Source of the DNA: Phoronis australis
Lineage: Eukaryota > Animalia > Phoronida
Assembly (NCBI GenBank): GCA_002633005.1
Contig: NMRA01000812.1
Coordinates: 70,945 to 134,944, forward strand
Reading direction: 5' to 3'
DNA length: 64,000 bases
The notes under the pieces were generated by a model, which was given only the letters and a program-made list of their open reading frames with translations, ran no database searches and had not been told where the DNA came from. Position 1 is the stretch's first letter; the number at the start of each line of letters is the position of its first letter. The translations under genes were made by a program, and so were the position numbers. Below are positions 12,474 through 25,600 of the stretch, one piece after another.

Positions 12474-14585
12474 AAAGGTAATCAAGTTAAGCAACGTGTG
12501 TTTTTGTCTACAAGATTATCATTAGACATGATGAATATATACTGTTCCTACTTTTGCAGATGTGCTCCACAAAATGTAGATTTTGAAGGCGATTTTGTTT
12601 TGAGTGTGTACTAAAATTTTTTGAATTTCATTATCGGCCTCAGTGATGTTAGTTTTTTGGCTCTCAAAGGTAATCAAGTTAAGGAACGTGTGTTTTTGCA
12701 TTAAAGATTTTCGTTAGACATGATGAATATATACTTAAGTAACTTTCGCAGATGTGCTCCAAAAATTGTAGATTTTGAAGGCGATTTTGGTTTGAGAATG
12801 TAGAAAAATTTGTGCGAATTCCATTATTGGCCCCAGACAGGCTAGCTTTTTGCTTCTCATAGTTAACCAAGTTAAAGACCATGCTTTTTTATCTTCAAGA
12901 CGTTGATTAGATATGATGAATATGTATTGTTCCAAGTTTCGTAGATGTGCTATAAAATTTGAAGATTTTGAAATCGATTTTGGTCCAAGTTTGTAGAAAA
13001 ATTCTAACTGTGACTCCTATGCTAGGATTTTGGCTTTCATATTTTATCAAGTTATAGAACACCTGTTTTCTTGTAAAATATTTACTGTCTTCTTAATAAA
13101 TGAAAACTTGTCTGTGCATGTTTCACTGCCAACCAATAAATGTATAGGTAATTTAAACGTTTGATTGGGATTCATGTACTAAAATTTTTTGAATTTCATT
13201 ATCGGCCTCAGTGATGTTAGTTTTTTGGCTCTCAAAGGTAATCAAGTTAAGCAACGTGTGTTTTTGCATTAAAGATTTTCATTAGACATGATGAATGTGT
13301 ACTTTACCAACTTTTGCAGATGTGCACCAAAAATTGTAGATTTTGAAGGCGATTCTGTTTTCAGTATGTACTAAAATTTGTGCGAATTTCATTATTGGCC
13401 CCTGTCATGCTAGCTTTTTGCTTTTCACAGTTAACTAAGTTAAGGACCATGTGTTTTTGTCTTCAAGATTTTCATTAGACATGATGAATATATACTTTAC
13501 CAACTTTCGCAGATGTGCTCCAGAAATTGTAGATTTTGAAGGCGATTTTGGTTTGAGTATGTACTAAAATTTTTCGACTTTCATTATCGGCCTCAGTGAT
13601 GTTGGTTTTTTGGCTCTCAAAGGTAATCAAGTTAAGCAACGTGTGCTTTGTGTACAAGATTATTATTAGACATGATGAATATGTACTGTACCAACATTTG
13701 GAGAAGTGCTGCAAAAATTGTAGATTTTGAAGGAGATTTTGGGTTGAGTATGTAGTAAAATTTGTGCGAATTTCATTGTTGGCCCCAGTCATGCTAGCTT
13801 TTTGCTTTTCACTGTTAACTGAGTTAAGGACCATGTGTTTTTGTCTTCAAGATTTTCATTAGACAAGATGAATATATACTTTACCAACTTTTGCAGATGT
13901 GCTCCACAAATTGTAGATTTTGAAGGCGATTTTGTTTTGAGTATGTACNATTGGCCTCAGTGATGTTAGTTTTTTGGCTCTCAAAGGTAATCAAACTAAG
14001 GAACATGTGGTCTTGTCTCCAAGACATTCATTAGACATGATGAATATGCACCGTACCATTTTTCGCAGATGTGCTCCATAAATTGTAGATTTTGAAAGCG
14101 ATTTTGGTTGGAATATATAGTAAAATTTGTGCGAATTTCATTATTGGCCCCAGTCATGCTAGCTTTTTGCTTTTCACTGTTAACTAAGTTAAGGACCATG
14201 TGTTTTTGTCTTCAAGATTTTCATTAGACATGATGAATATATACTTTAACAAATTTCGCAGATGTGCTCCAGAAATTGTAGATTTTGAAGGCGATTTTGT
14301 TTTGAATATGTAGTAAAACTAGTGCGAATTTGATTATTGGCCCCAGTCATGCAAGCTTTTTGCTTCTCACAGTTAACCAAGTTAAAAGACCATGTGTTTT
14401 TGTCTTCAAGATTTTCATTAGCCATGACGAATATATACTTTACCAACTTTCGCAGATGTGCTCCAAAAATTGTAGATTTTGAAGGCGATTCTGTTTTGAG
14501 TATGTACTAAAATTTTTCGAATTTCGTTATTGGCCCCTGTCATGCTAGCTTTTTGCTTTTCACTGTTAACTAAGTTAAGGACCAT
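12474..14585. repeat. Satellite array, ~192-194 bp monomers of two subtypes, interrupted by ~140 bp of element body near 13035-13175
   Basis: Anchor TTAGACATGATGAATAT recurs about every 193 bp (e.g. 13282, 13475, 14224, 14418). Confidence 0.93.
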
Positions 14586-14590
14586 TTCAG

Positions 14591-15752
14591 AAATTTTGAA
14601 AGTGTGATACCACGTAATAATCCAACAATCGCTTACTGGCTTGCCTTAGAAAGTGTGCACTACATTGGAATTGACTTGGAAGCCATTTTTGATGATACCG
14701 AAGGAACCATTGATGAGTTTATCAACCGCCACTTTGGCAATCTACCTCCAGAGCGTCCGCATGGGCCTGAAGAAATGAACCTCGGGAATGAAGTAGACCA
14801 CTTGGCTGCCGGAGTAGAAGGTCTGGACCTACACGTAGATCGTTTAAGAAGGGACAACGATTATTTTACGCAAGTTGAAGAAAGAATTGCAATGTTTGAC
14901 AGCATTGAAGAGGCCGGCGATAATATCCCACTAATTGCTGTACTGGCACTTCAAACATTTCTTTGCATCACGGAAGATCAGGAGAGGTTAAATAACTGTC
15001 AAAATGCTGATCGTTTCCGAGACTTTCTCAGGAAATGGCGCAACAGTTTTAAGTGCGGTACCTACAAGGAAAGCACACGACGTGTGTTGAGAGCTCTGGG
15101 AGGACGGGTATCCAAGTGCATGAATGTGCCATTATTTGTTGACAACTACGGAGAAAAGAAATGCTATGAAGAAAATGAACTTGAGGAAGATGAAATTCCT
15201 CAAGAAATTTTCCATGATACCCATCTGGAGGAGTCCGATCAGATACTAGCAGATGAAAGATTCAGGCCTAGTGACAACAAAAACGGTATCCCAGGGGTAT
15301 GGTTTGGCTCAGGCGCCGGTAGGCCGAGTCACTATGGATCACACAGATTTAAAACCACTCTGGATCGACTGGGTGTAACCGGACTTCGACAAGGGGAGAT
15401 TGTCAAGTACAAGAACGAAATAAACGTAATCCTTTACGCTCATAACGACGTTGGCGGAGGCGTTTTTGAGTTTAGGAAACCAATTATTGACGTCGTTACT
15501 GCAGAAAACCCAAAGGCTTATGTGCACATTTCCATATTTATTCCTGAATTTATTTTCTTGGGAGACAACCCAGGCGCTATTGTCACTGAAGAAGATCATT
15601 CCATTGTCCACCACCGAGGATTCTGTGTAAGAGAGCAGCGAACAAATTTCAATTGTAACGAACTTTTGAGATTTAGGAAGGGCATGTGTTTAGCCCAATA
15701 TAATACGTTCGAATGTGAGGTCTATGGATGCAATTATGATCATGATTTTTGA
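14591..15752 (+). CDS. Uncharacterised protein, probable terminal exon; C-terminal half resembles a divergent ADP-ribosyltransferase-like domain
   Basis: About 385 open codons with protein-like composition in a repeat-rich background. No in-frame ATG near the 5' end (the ORF track starts at GTG 14604); tttcag acceptor at 14585-14590. Motifs FHDTH, ILxxxxFxPS, GVWF, SHYGSHRF, YKNE and a Cys/His-rich tail. Confidence 0.7.
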
Positions 15753-16181
15753 TTTTCTGTTATTATACCGTACAATTTATGTGCATCGCAAAATGAGACT
15801 GAAGTCAATCAAGGTGACCTCACAGCTTAGAAATACGCTGATGTCACAATTTTATAAACTACTGTTTTTTCATGGTAAAATGTAAAATCTAGATCCATTT
15901 GCGACTTTTCGGCGTTATCTTGCTACCATTATCATTGTGTTCGATCCCAGACTATGTTTTGGCTATACATGTTCAGTCAAACGTTTCATGTCAAATACAC
16001 AGTTGAGCCATATGGCCGTAATCGTGTATTACTTCAACATCCAGTTCCTAGAACCCCATGTACAGTGTTAGTGTACACTGCATGTCTCTCTTTATTCTCA
16101 TGATGTTATAATGTGGGTTGTGACCTCAACCACCTCTCATGGGACTGAGACTGATTCACATGTGGCAGTGGAGACTCATGT

Positions 16182-18050
16182 ACCATGTGTTTTTGTCTTC
16201 AAGATTTTCATTAGACATGATGAATATATACTTTTCCAACTTTCGCAGATGTGCTCCACAAATTGTAGATTTTGAAGGCGATTTTGTTTTGAGTATGTAC
16301 TAAAATTTTTTGAATTTCATTATCGGCCACAGTGATGTTAGTTTTTTCGCTCTCAAAGGTAATCAAGTTAAGGAACGTGTGTTTTTGCATTAAAGATTTT
16401 CATTAGACATGATGAATATGTACTTTACCAACTTTTGCAGATGTGCACCAAAAATTGTAGATTTTGAGGCGATTCTGTTTTGAGTATGTACTACAATTTG
16501 TGCGAATTTCATTATTGGCCTCAGTCATGCTGGCTTTTTGCTTTTCACTGTTAACTAAGCTAATGACCATGTGTTTTTGTCTTCAAGATTTTCATTAGAC
16601 ATGATGAATATGTACTTTACCAACTTTTGCAGAAGTGCTGCAGCAATTGTAGATTTTGAAGGCGATTTTGGTTTGAGTATGTAGTAAAATTTGTGCAAAT
16701 TTCATTATTGGCCCCAGTCATGCTATCTTTTTGCTTCTCACTGTGAACCAAGGTAAAGACCATGTGTTTTTGTCTTTCAGATTTTTATTAGACATGATGA
16801 ATATGTACTGTACCAACTTTCGCAGATGTGCTCCAAAAATTGTAGATTTTGAAGGCGATTTTGGTTTGAGTATGTACTAAAATTTTTTGAATTTCATTAT
16901 CGGCCTCAGTGATGTTAGTTTTTTGGCTCTCAAACGTAATCAAGTTAAGGAACGTGTGTTTTTGCATTAAAGATTTTCATTAGACATGATGAATATGTAC
17001 TTTACCAGCTTTTGCAGATGTGCACCAAAAATTGTACATTTTGAAGGCGATTCTGTTTTGAGTATGTGTACTAAAATTTGTGCGAATTTCATTATTGGCC
17101 CCAGTTATGCTAGCTTTTTGCTTTTCACTGTTAACTAAGTTAAGGACCATGTGTTTTTGTCTTCAAGATTTTCATTAGACATTATGAATATGTACTTTAC
17201 CAACTTTTGCAGATGTGCACCAAAAATTGTAGATTTTGAAGGCGATTCTGTTTTGAGTATGTACTAAAATTTGTGCGAATTTCATTGTCGGCCTCAGTGA
17301 TGTTAGTTTTTTGACTCTCAAAGGTAATCAAGTTAAGGAACATTTGGTTTTGTCTCCAAGACTTTCATTAAACATGATGAATATGCACTGTACCATTTTT
17401 CGCAGATATGCTCCAAAAATTGTAGATTTTGAAAGCGATTTTGGTTTGAATATATAGTAAAATTTGTGCGAATTTCATCATTGGCCCCTGTCATGCTAGC
17501 TGTTTGCTTCTAACAGTTAACCAAGTTAAAGACCATGTGTTTTTGTCTTCAAGATTTTCATTACACATGATGAATATATACTTTATCAACTTTTGGAGAT
17601 GTACTCCACAAATTGTAGATTTTGAAGGCGATTTTGTTTTTAGTATGTTCTAAAATTTTTCGAATTTCGTTATCGGCTTAAGTGATGTTAGTTTTTTGGC
17701 TCTCAAAGGTAATCAAGTTAAGGAACATGTGTTTTTGTTTTAAAGATTTTCATTAGACATGATGAATATATACTTTAGTAACTTTCGCAGATGTGCTTCA
17801 AAAATTGTAGATTTTGAAGGCGATTTTGGTTTGAGAATGTAGAAAAATTGTGCGAATTCCATTATTGGCCCCAGTCAGCCTAGCTTTTTGCTTCTCATAG
17901 TTAACCAAGTTTAAGACCATGCATTTTTATCTTCAAGACTTTGATTAGATATGGTGAATATGTATTGTTCTAAGTTTCGTAGATGTGCTATAAAATTGGA
18001 AGATTTTGAAATCGATTTTGGTCTAAGTTTGCAGAAAAATTCTAACTGTG
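16182..18050. repeat. Satellite array, ~193 bp monomers
   Basis: Same monomer family, about 10 units, ending in the same diverged terminal monomer seen at ~2400-2600 and ~12800-13000. Confidence 0.93.
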
Positions 18051-21000
18051 ACTCCTATGCTAGGTTTTTGGCTTGCATATTTTATCAAGTTATAGAACAC
18101 CTGTTTTCTTGTAAAATATTTTCTTAGTAAATGAAAACTTGTCTGTGCATGTTTCACTGCCAACCAATAAATGTATAGGTAATTTAAACGTTTGATTGGG
18201 ATTCTTTGATGAATGAACTTAACCTCCACACACAAAATTGAGGGCATAGTAATTCTTCAACTTCAATTATGTCACACAACATTTTCAGGTAAGGTTCATT
18301 TCGTTTATGGGCCTACAAAGAATTCTGGGCTTAGAAAAATCAGTTATCTTTACAGTGATGTATATAAATTGGCAAATGCATTGAGATAATTCCTTGAGGC
18401 GCATTTTTAAACTGGATTGATAACCCGAAAATAAGTGGGAGACATTAAATATTAATCCAAAATCGATGGAATATCACTAATGTTGGGCTCTGTAATAAAG
18501 CAGTGTTTAAATAAACACTCACGCAACCCATATATACATAAAGAGTAGACCCCTATGCCTTTGCTTTATGAAGAAAAAAAGAAGCGTCAGTTCCAGTCTT
18601 TCTGGTGCGAGCCAGAATAAATCACATTTCGGGTACGTTGAAATGTATTCAGTTTGGCGTTATAAGTGATTTACATCAGACCCGTGGGCTGACAATGTTC
18701 CGTAAGGAGACGTCTCTCGCAAAATAACTATGAAAAAGAAATCTCCTTTATTGGATATTAGACCCGTGATCAACCAAGTCTTATAAGCAGTTTTACATAA
18801 ACGTTTAACTAAAAATAGGATACTAAATTCTCAAGTTTTGCGAAAGTTACACGGGCCTTCAAATTCTTTGGTCAAGAAATAATTTTATTCGACAATTTTA
18901 GTCTGCGAATTGTCAAGACATTTTTGATAGGCCTACAAATTGATAACTTTGTTTTGTTATATGATTTGATAGGCATCTTAATTATTTCAATCCACGCAGG
19001 ATTCTCGTTCGTCTTGTTCCCGCATGCAGTAAGTAATTCCTACTTCATAAATATTTGTAAGTTCCTTGATATACTACACTATCATTACAGACTTTAAAAG
19101 CAGTATTGTTCGTCAAGGATTGAACTTAGGCTTCACTTCGGAGCGCTCCACGCGCTCAGGGCGCATTCAAACATTTTTAATCTGAAATGTCCTTAGCGAA
19201 TTGTTTACTGAGCAAGAAAGAATAAATACAATTAGTACAAATTTTACCCATTGTAGCTATCATGGGCCTTTTTCCCACGGCGTGTGATTTTGTGAAATGG
19301 TCTTAGAGTTGATCAAGATTAAAAGCGAAACAATGAAGTATGTTGGGTTGGAATTGACTCGTCAACGTGTGTTCTAAGTACCTGTACCACAGACAACTCT
19401 CACTGAAATCTTTACTTCCAAGGCCTATCAATAAACTTGGGCAGAAATTTAATCAATCAAAACGCGCAGTGTCAAAATTAGTTGACCTAAGAAAAGCTAG
19501 CAACGATGCTTGTAGGTCCTCGTTGTATATGTTCAGTTTTAAAGTTATCTATTATTAAGTGGAGCCAACATTATGCAGCCATCTATTCATTTCTTCATGG
19601 ATTAGTTCTTACTTCATTACATTCGTTCATGTTTCATTTCCTTGCTTCCTATAGATTTGAGTTGACTTGATAGATTCTCTGTTATGTTAAATGTCTACAG
19701 GAGTTAGTGAGAGTGATAATCTATTGTATTCTCATACTTGTAGCGGCTTAAATTCTTAATCCTATAGTCACCAGCCTCTATCTTGACTTGATTCACAAAC
19801 AACACAGCCCAAGCTTCTCACTCACTGATTAGTTTTGTATTTGGCGGACATTCATCGAATAAGTTCACTTGCAATATCTTTATACTATCCACGGCTTGGA
19901 ATTTTCCTCCTTTAAGGTGATTTCCTCTTTTTAGTCATTCAGTTAAGTTTCACAACATCGCACCAGCCTATGTCTTAGTGGAACGATGCATCACCTGGGA
20001 AATTTTCCTTTCTTTTGTCATTGGTGATTGCAAGTCCTAGTAATTATCACGCCTGAAGCTTTTAAAACACGAATATGTTTTTCTCTCTGAAGCACCTCGG
20101 TTTTTTAATTCATAAGAAAACCCAAAAACATAAATAATTCTGAATGGAGTCTGTACTGAAATGAATTTTGAAAATGAACCTAGCAATTGGGCTGTCCGTC
20201 AGTAGATACTTAGCTATATTAATACGTGCCAATACTTTCTGAGAATAACAGCCTGCCATGTCATTGAGCGAAACTACAACCCGGAAAACTGCCTTTCTCC
20301 TCCGTTAGCTGTGCTGTATAGGTCAGCTGAGTGAGCGGTGTGCGCAGTACACAATTGAAGTACAGTATTAATAGCACCTAACCCACAACGAAGCAGTGAC
20401 TCGGGAAAAAGCCAGACGCAAATTGACCTTTGTCTAGTGCATGCCCACGTGCCTGTCAAGGCGTATTCAATTTTCGGATATTCTTGAGATACGATAGAGA
20501 ATGTCATGAATTGACGAAATAATCATAAACAGTGAAAATAACTTGCATGTACTTATCTTTTCATTGTTTCATACCCGCAATGCCTTCGAAAAAAGTCTTC
20601 AACTCTCTTTACAAACGACTCTGAGGATCAATGATCTTAATTCAGCGTACAAACCACTGTAGACGCACACAAAACGACATTATCCGCCCTCATGTGAACG
20701 ACTGTCTCCACAGAACGGCCGGGCTCGTACATATGTATGTTAGTACACAAATTTCCCTTAGATATACGTAATGGTTAATTACTAATGGCAGGTGACTGAC
20801 CAATTCTAAGTGCACTCTAATTATAACAAGTCTATGAAATCCTCGGTTATAATATTTTTCGCCACATCTCAATGGCCGGTACTTGTATTATTGCCAGCAC
20901 GAAACTATATCAGTAACTAACGAACGAACCATTTTTTTGTGGTAAGACAAGGCTTCTCATCTAATTAAAACAGTTTTTTGTGTTTTGACCAGCGTACGAG

Positions 21001-22634
21001 AAATTATTAGTATATTCCGTCAGTGGCTGTATTGCACCTAACTGCTAGACCCAACACAAAACACGATTGTTCAGTATAGCCGCTAAGGAAAGCAAGACGG
21101 AGACATTCTTTCAGATCACACGGACCAGTCATGGCCTGTATTGATCGCTTTGGCTTAGCTCCTTTGTGCGAAGATTGCCTCAGGGCTCATTGCTGAACCA
21201 CCAATTGTACCTCGTCATTGTGCGTAAGTAAAAATATGAAAGCGCTCTGAGGAGCGAAACTTGGCGAAATTAATCAAAAAAAAACACGTTCGAGAGGAAG
21301 AGAAAAGACGACGACAGAGATGATGACGAAGATGACAGCTATGACGACGATGGTGGCGATAATGGACAACCGTAGTTGTGATATCATTCATATAACGAAC
21401 GTAGAGGTCAGAAATCACTAAGAAATAGGCTACAGTCTTCAGCGACACTTGGCGAAATTAACTGAAGAAAAGACGACGTCGGAGATGATGACGAAGATGA
21501 CGAATATGATGATGCTGGTGGCCATGATGAAGAACTTCATAACATTCATATGACGAATTTAGATGTCATAAATCATTAAGAAATAGGCTGCAGTCTAGTT
21601 CAATAGAAGCTAAACCAACCTCAATGCAGCAANNNNNNNNNNNNNNNNNNNNNNNNNNNNNNNNNNNNNNNNNNNNNNNNNNNNNNNNNNNNNNNNNNNN
21701 NNNNNNNNNNNNNNNNNNNNNNNNNNNNNNNNNNNNNNNNNNNNNNNNNNNNNNNNNNNNNNNNNNNNNNNNNNNNNNNNNNNNNNNNNNNNNNNNNNNN
21801 NNNNNNNNNNNNNNNNNNNNNNNNNNNNNNNNNNNNNNNNNNNNNNNNNNNNNNNNNNNNNNNNNNNNNNNNNNNNNNNNNNNNNNNAAATAAACACAAA
21901 ACAGTAAGCTATAAACGAGGCATAATTTATCAATGGCCCCATGGACTACTGCAAGGGGTCACGTACTGCATTGTAAAATTGTGGGGATACTCCAGTTTTT
22001 AAAAGATTCTGAGTCACTTCCATTCAGTAGCGTCAAGACGTGATTTATTTGTCGCTCGTCCACAATATGTTAAATAACCATCACCTCTACACCACTGGAT
22101 CGAATGAAATCCGCACAGCTAATATTGATACCACGAACTCCGAAGAGAATCACGCGGCATTCATACCACTTGCAGTCTTTTCCTCCCCCCTCGCCATTGC
22201 GAATTGTATGGTGCCGTAGTCATGCCACTCGCAGTCTGTCCTTCAACCTTTCGCCATCAATTTTGCGACCGTTCCCGTCGTCAAATGCCAAGTCTAATTT
22301 TATTCCTCCCCCGAAAATCCTAGCACTCAATGTAATTAAGAAACATATTCGACACAAAAGCACAACCTTGACAAAAACCTGCGAGGAAATCAAGCCATGA
22401 GTGCAGGTTCAGCGGTCAGTGGTAGCATATGCAGGGGTAACCCCCCCGGACATTTAATGACTCAATAACCGCAGTCCAACCGAGTCCAACCTAGGCCAGT
22501 CTTAGGTTGAGTCACAACCCCACCGAGTTCAGAACGCGTCCGGGCGAAGCCTGACCTCACTCCGGTTGAAGGTCACCCGAGGCCTGACTGAGGCTGAAGT
22601 GCGTTCGACGGGAAGTTGGTTTCGATCAGCACTG
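16182..22634. mobile_element. Satellite-bearing large element, longest copy (includes N gap 21633-21887)
   Basis: About 10 satellite monomers, then the body; ends CGATCAGCACTG|TA at 22634-22636, at a TA whose empty version is seen at 16061 and 26320. Confidence 0.72.
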
Positions 22635-25600
22635 TACAGTGTTAGTGTACACTGCATCACTGCATGGCTCTCTTTATTCTCAAGATGTGATAATGTGGGT
22701 TGTGACCTCAACCACCTCTCATGGGACTGAGACTGATCCACATGTGGCAGTGGAGACACATGTACCGTATTAACCAGAAGAAATAGTTAGGAAACTTTAG
22801 TCACAAGACAGCACCAAAATACCCCTCCAACACATTAAAGCTCATTCAGAGAAGAGAAAATAGCTATGCATGTGCTCAGGAACCTACTGTATAAATAAAT
22901 GCTCTTATGCTTAACATCAACTGAGTGTGCAATCACTAATTGGTAATTCATTGTGTTTTGTCAGTGCCTGTTCCATTAGATTTTATCACCTAGGGTTATT
23001 TATGTATTTTCTGTTGTTAATGGATTGAAGACAACGAAAAGTAAATATACCCGTAAACAACAGTGTGCCTACGCGAAACTTGATTCTTTCTCAAGGCGCG
23101 GCCCGGCCTCGGTGTTTTATATCATGAAACACTACGGTAAGTCTATGGTTTTCGAGGAACTTTTGTTAGTTCTGGGTAATGCCAGTGAACCACAGAGTAC
23201 TTTTTACTTGTTACTACATCAAGTACTAAACTTTTTGCACCAATTAATCAAAACAATTTTTTTCAAATACTAAGAAAATCACTGGCAGCCAAGAATAACC
23301 TGCTAGATAGTGCTGTAATCGGGCTTCTGAAAAATATTAACATCTAGGGATTCGTGATTCATTAAAAATTTTCTGTGAAATAATAATTTGACTTGTGTTG
23401 CTATTTTGTATTGAAATGGATAATAATCAGAATATGGTAGGTTAGGACACTACTAGTCTGTTTAGACAGCTGGTAACTCTACGTCATAGTTACAAAAGGG
23501 TCTTGATCAGCTGGACTTTAAAATCCATAAGAAATACACGGGAACAAACTATAATCAGTAATTTGAAAGGGAAAAGAGGGTATTACAAAGTTTGATGTTA
23601 AACTTGTTATATCAGCGTTAGTGGTGAAAAATTGTCCACGTTTCTTGAGGTTTGAAGTTTGCCCAGCTCAGACTTATGTTAACGACGATCATTCGGAATC
23701 CAATATTTAAACGCGCAAGTCATTTTTAAAGACAAAGTTTCACACCAAAACAATTGCTTTTCAATACAAATAATAGCACTGTGTGAATCTGTTACACAGG
23801 GCAGTTTTTGTCCGCACAGCTTGGTTAATTAGAAAAGCCCAGCAGTAATGACCTTATCCGACTTCAGCCAGAGTCAATTCTGAGAACAGGCATATGTGGT
23901 TACATAACCGTCTGTGATGTCAGACCAGGCAGACAGCTGTGTATTGAAATGGCTATAGCTTGCTTCATATGTTAATTCCTTTCAACTCCATTTGTTGGCA
24001 TAACTAAATTGTTTTTTTTTTTGCCAACGAGGTGTAAAGACTAGTGTATCACAGAAAATAAAGCCTAATACAAAATATTACAATTTTCATTCTTCTTCAT
24101 TTTCAGCAGTGAGTAGGAAGGATGTCACCTTTTAATTTAACCACGTATATAATTGAAAATTGAGTGGATGTGGCAACCTCAATGACAGAATTACAAGAAC
24201 ACTTGAAATGGAAGTCTTCTGAACTTGTTTTTTTAAATTCATGTGTTTATCTATTGAAATAATAATAAACCCAAGGTATCAAAAAATATTACCTGAAGAT
24301 GCCAGCGAACATATTATTTCAGGCGTTCATTATGGCAAGCTAATTCTACCATGCTTTGGTCACTGAGTCATAGAAATCAAAGAACAAATCATAGGACGAT
24401 TATGATTTAATCCACAGTTCAAATTATAACAAAGTGCTTCAGGCAGAATTATATATTTGGTTTCTACAGTGAAAGACTTTTAAGGTAGTTGAAGGTTACA
24501 CCTACTGTACATAAGTCAAAACTGAAATAATCTCAGTACAGTAAAGTTGATATGTAAGTCAAAATGATCAAATCTTTTACCAAAATAAGTAACTTAGAAT
24601 GTGCAGTAGTTTAGAACATTTAAGCAATTCAAACGTTATCCAACAACAAGACAAATTTACATGATATGAAAGTGGATATGCCTAACTATTACCATGGCGA
24701 CCAGGTATTTCCTTACATTAGAATTCGACAAGCATGATTTGAAAAAATAAAAAGTTGCATGGAAAAAGGATTGGAGGCTGGAAGCTTCACAATCCAACAT
24801 GGCCTATTACTCTAATTAAGAGCCTTTACATTTTGGGCCTTGATAACTTGAATTAAGAATGCAAAAAGTTACAACGCATGTATTAAAATTTAGAAAAATT
24901 TGAATTATATTGTGACACATAATCAAACCTTGAAGCGCAATTGACTTTCAAAGAAAAAAACGATTTCAAAACTTGTCCAACTATTTTTAAGCTGAGTGTA
25001 TGGTCAACTGAATGGGATATTAACACTACAATAATTACAATATTCCTGATTATTATTTTTTGCACAAAAACATAAACATAAACATTGTGCAAAGTTGCTT
25101 TTTGTAGCAGCTTTCATCTAAATGTATCAAAATTAAAACTTAACCAAGTACAAAATAGCCGATTGAAGATGTCCTTCAAGTTTGTAATGGAATTCATTTC
25201 CGCTATCGCATTGGCCAATAGCCTAGGACGACCAGGAATATCCAGATATAGTGCTGATTCAAATTTCAGGCTATTTTTCGAAAATCCCGTTCACGTATCT
25301 CTTGCTCCGAAAATGGGCCCACGTAGGCTACAGAGGTGTAAGAAGACGTGTTACCGGTCGCCTGGCGTCTTGCAATGGAATTTTTCACTAAGTTGAGGAG
25401 AAATTAGCTCACAATCGGTACGAAACAATGTAACCATTTTTACATCAGGTATGATCTTAAGAGTGCTTTGGAAGTTGGAAAAAATTATACATAATTATAC
25501 ATTTTTCGCCTGTAAGTAGATGGTTTGAGGTTATTTTCAAACAGTCTCTTCAGTTTTTGTAATCCACAAATTATACTTGTGACAACATGAGCATTTGTTT

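Noticed and set aside
12679-14446. Family of similar short minus-strand ORFs (MVLNLVNSEKQKAS...)
   Set aside because: They are translations of satellite monomers; the 193-bp period is not a multiple of 3.
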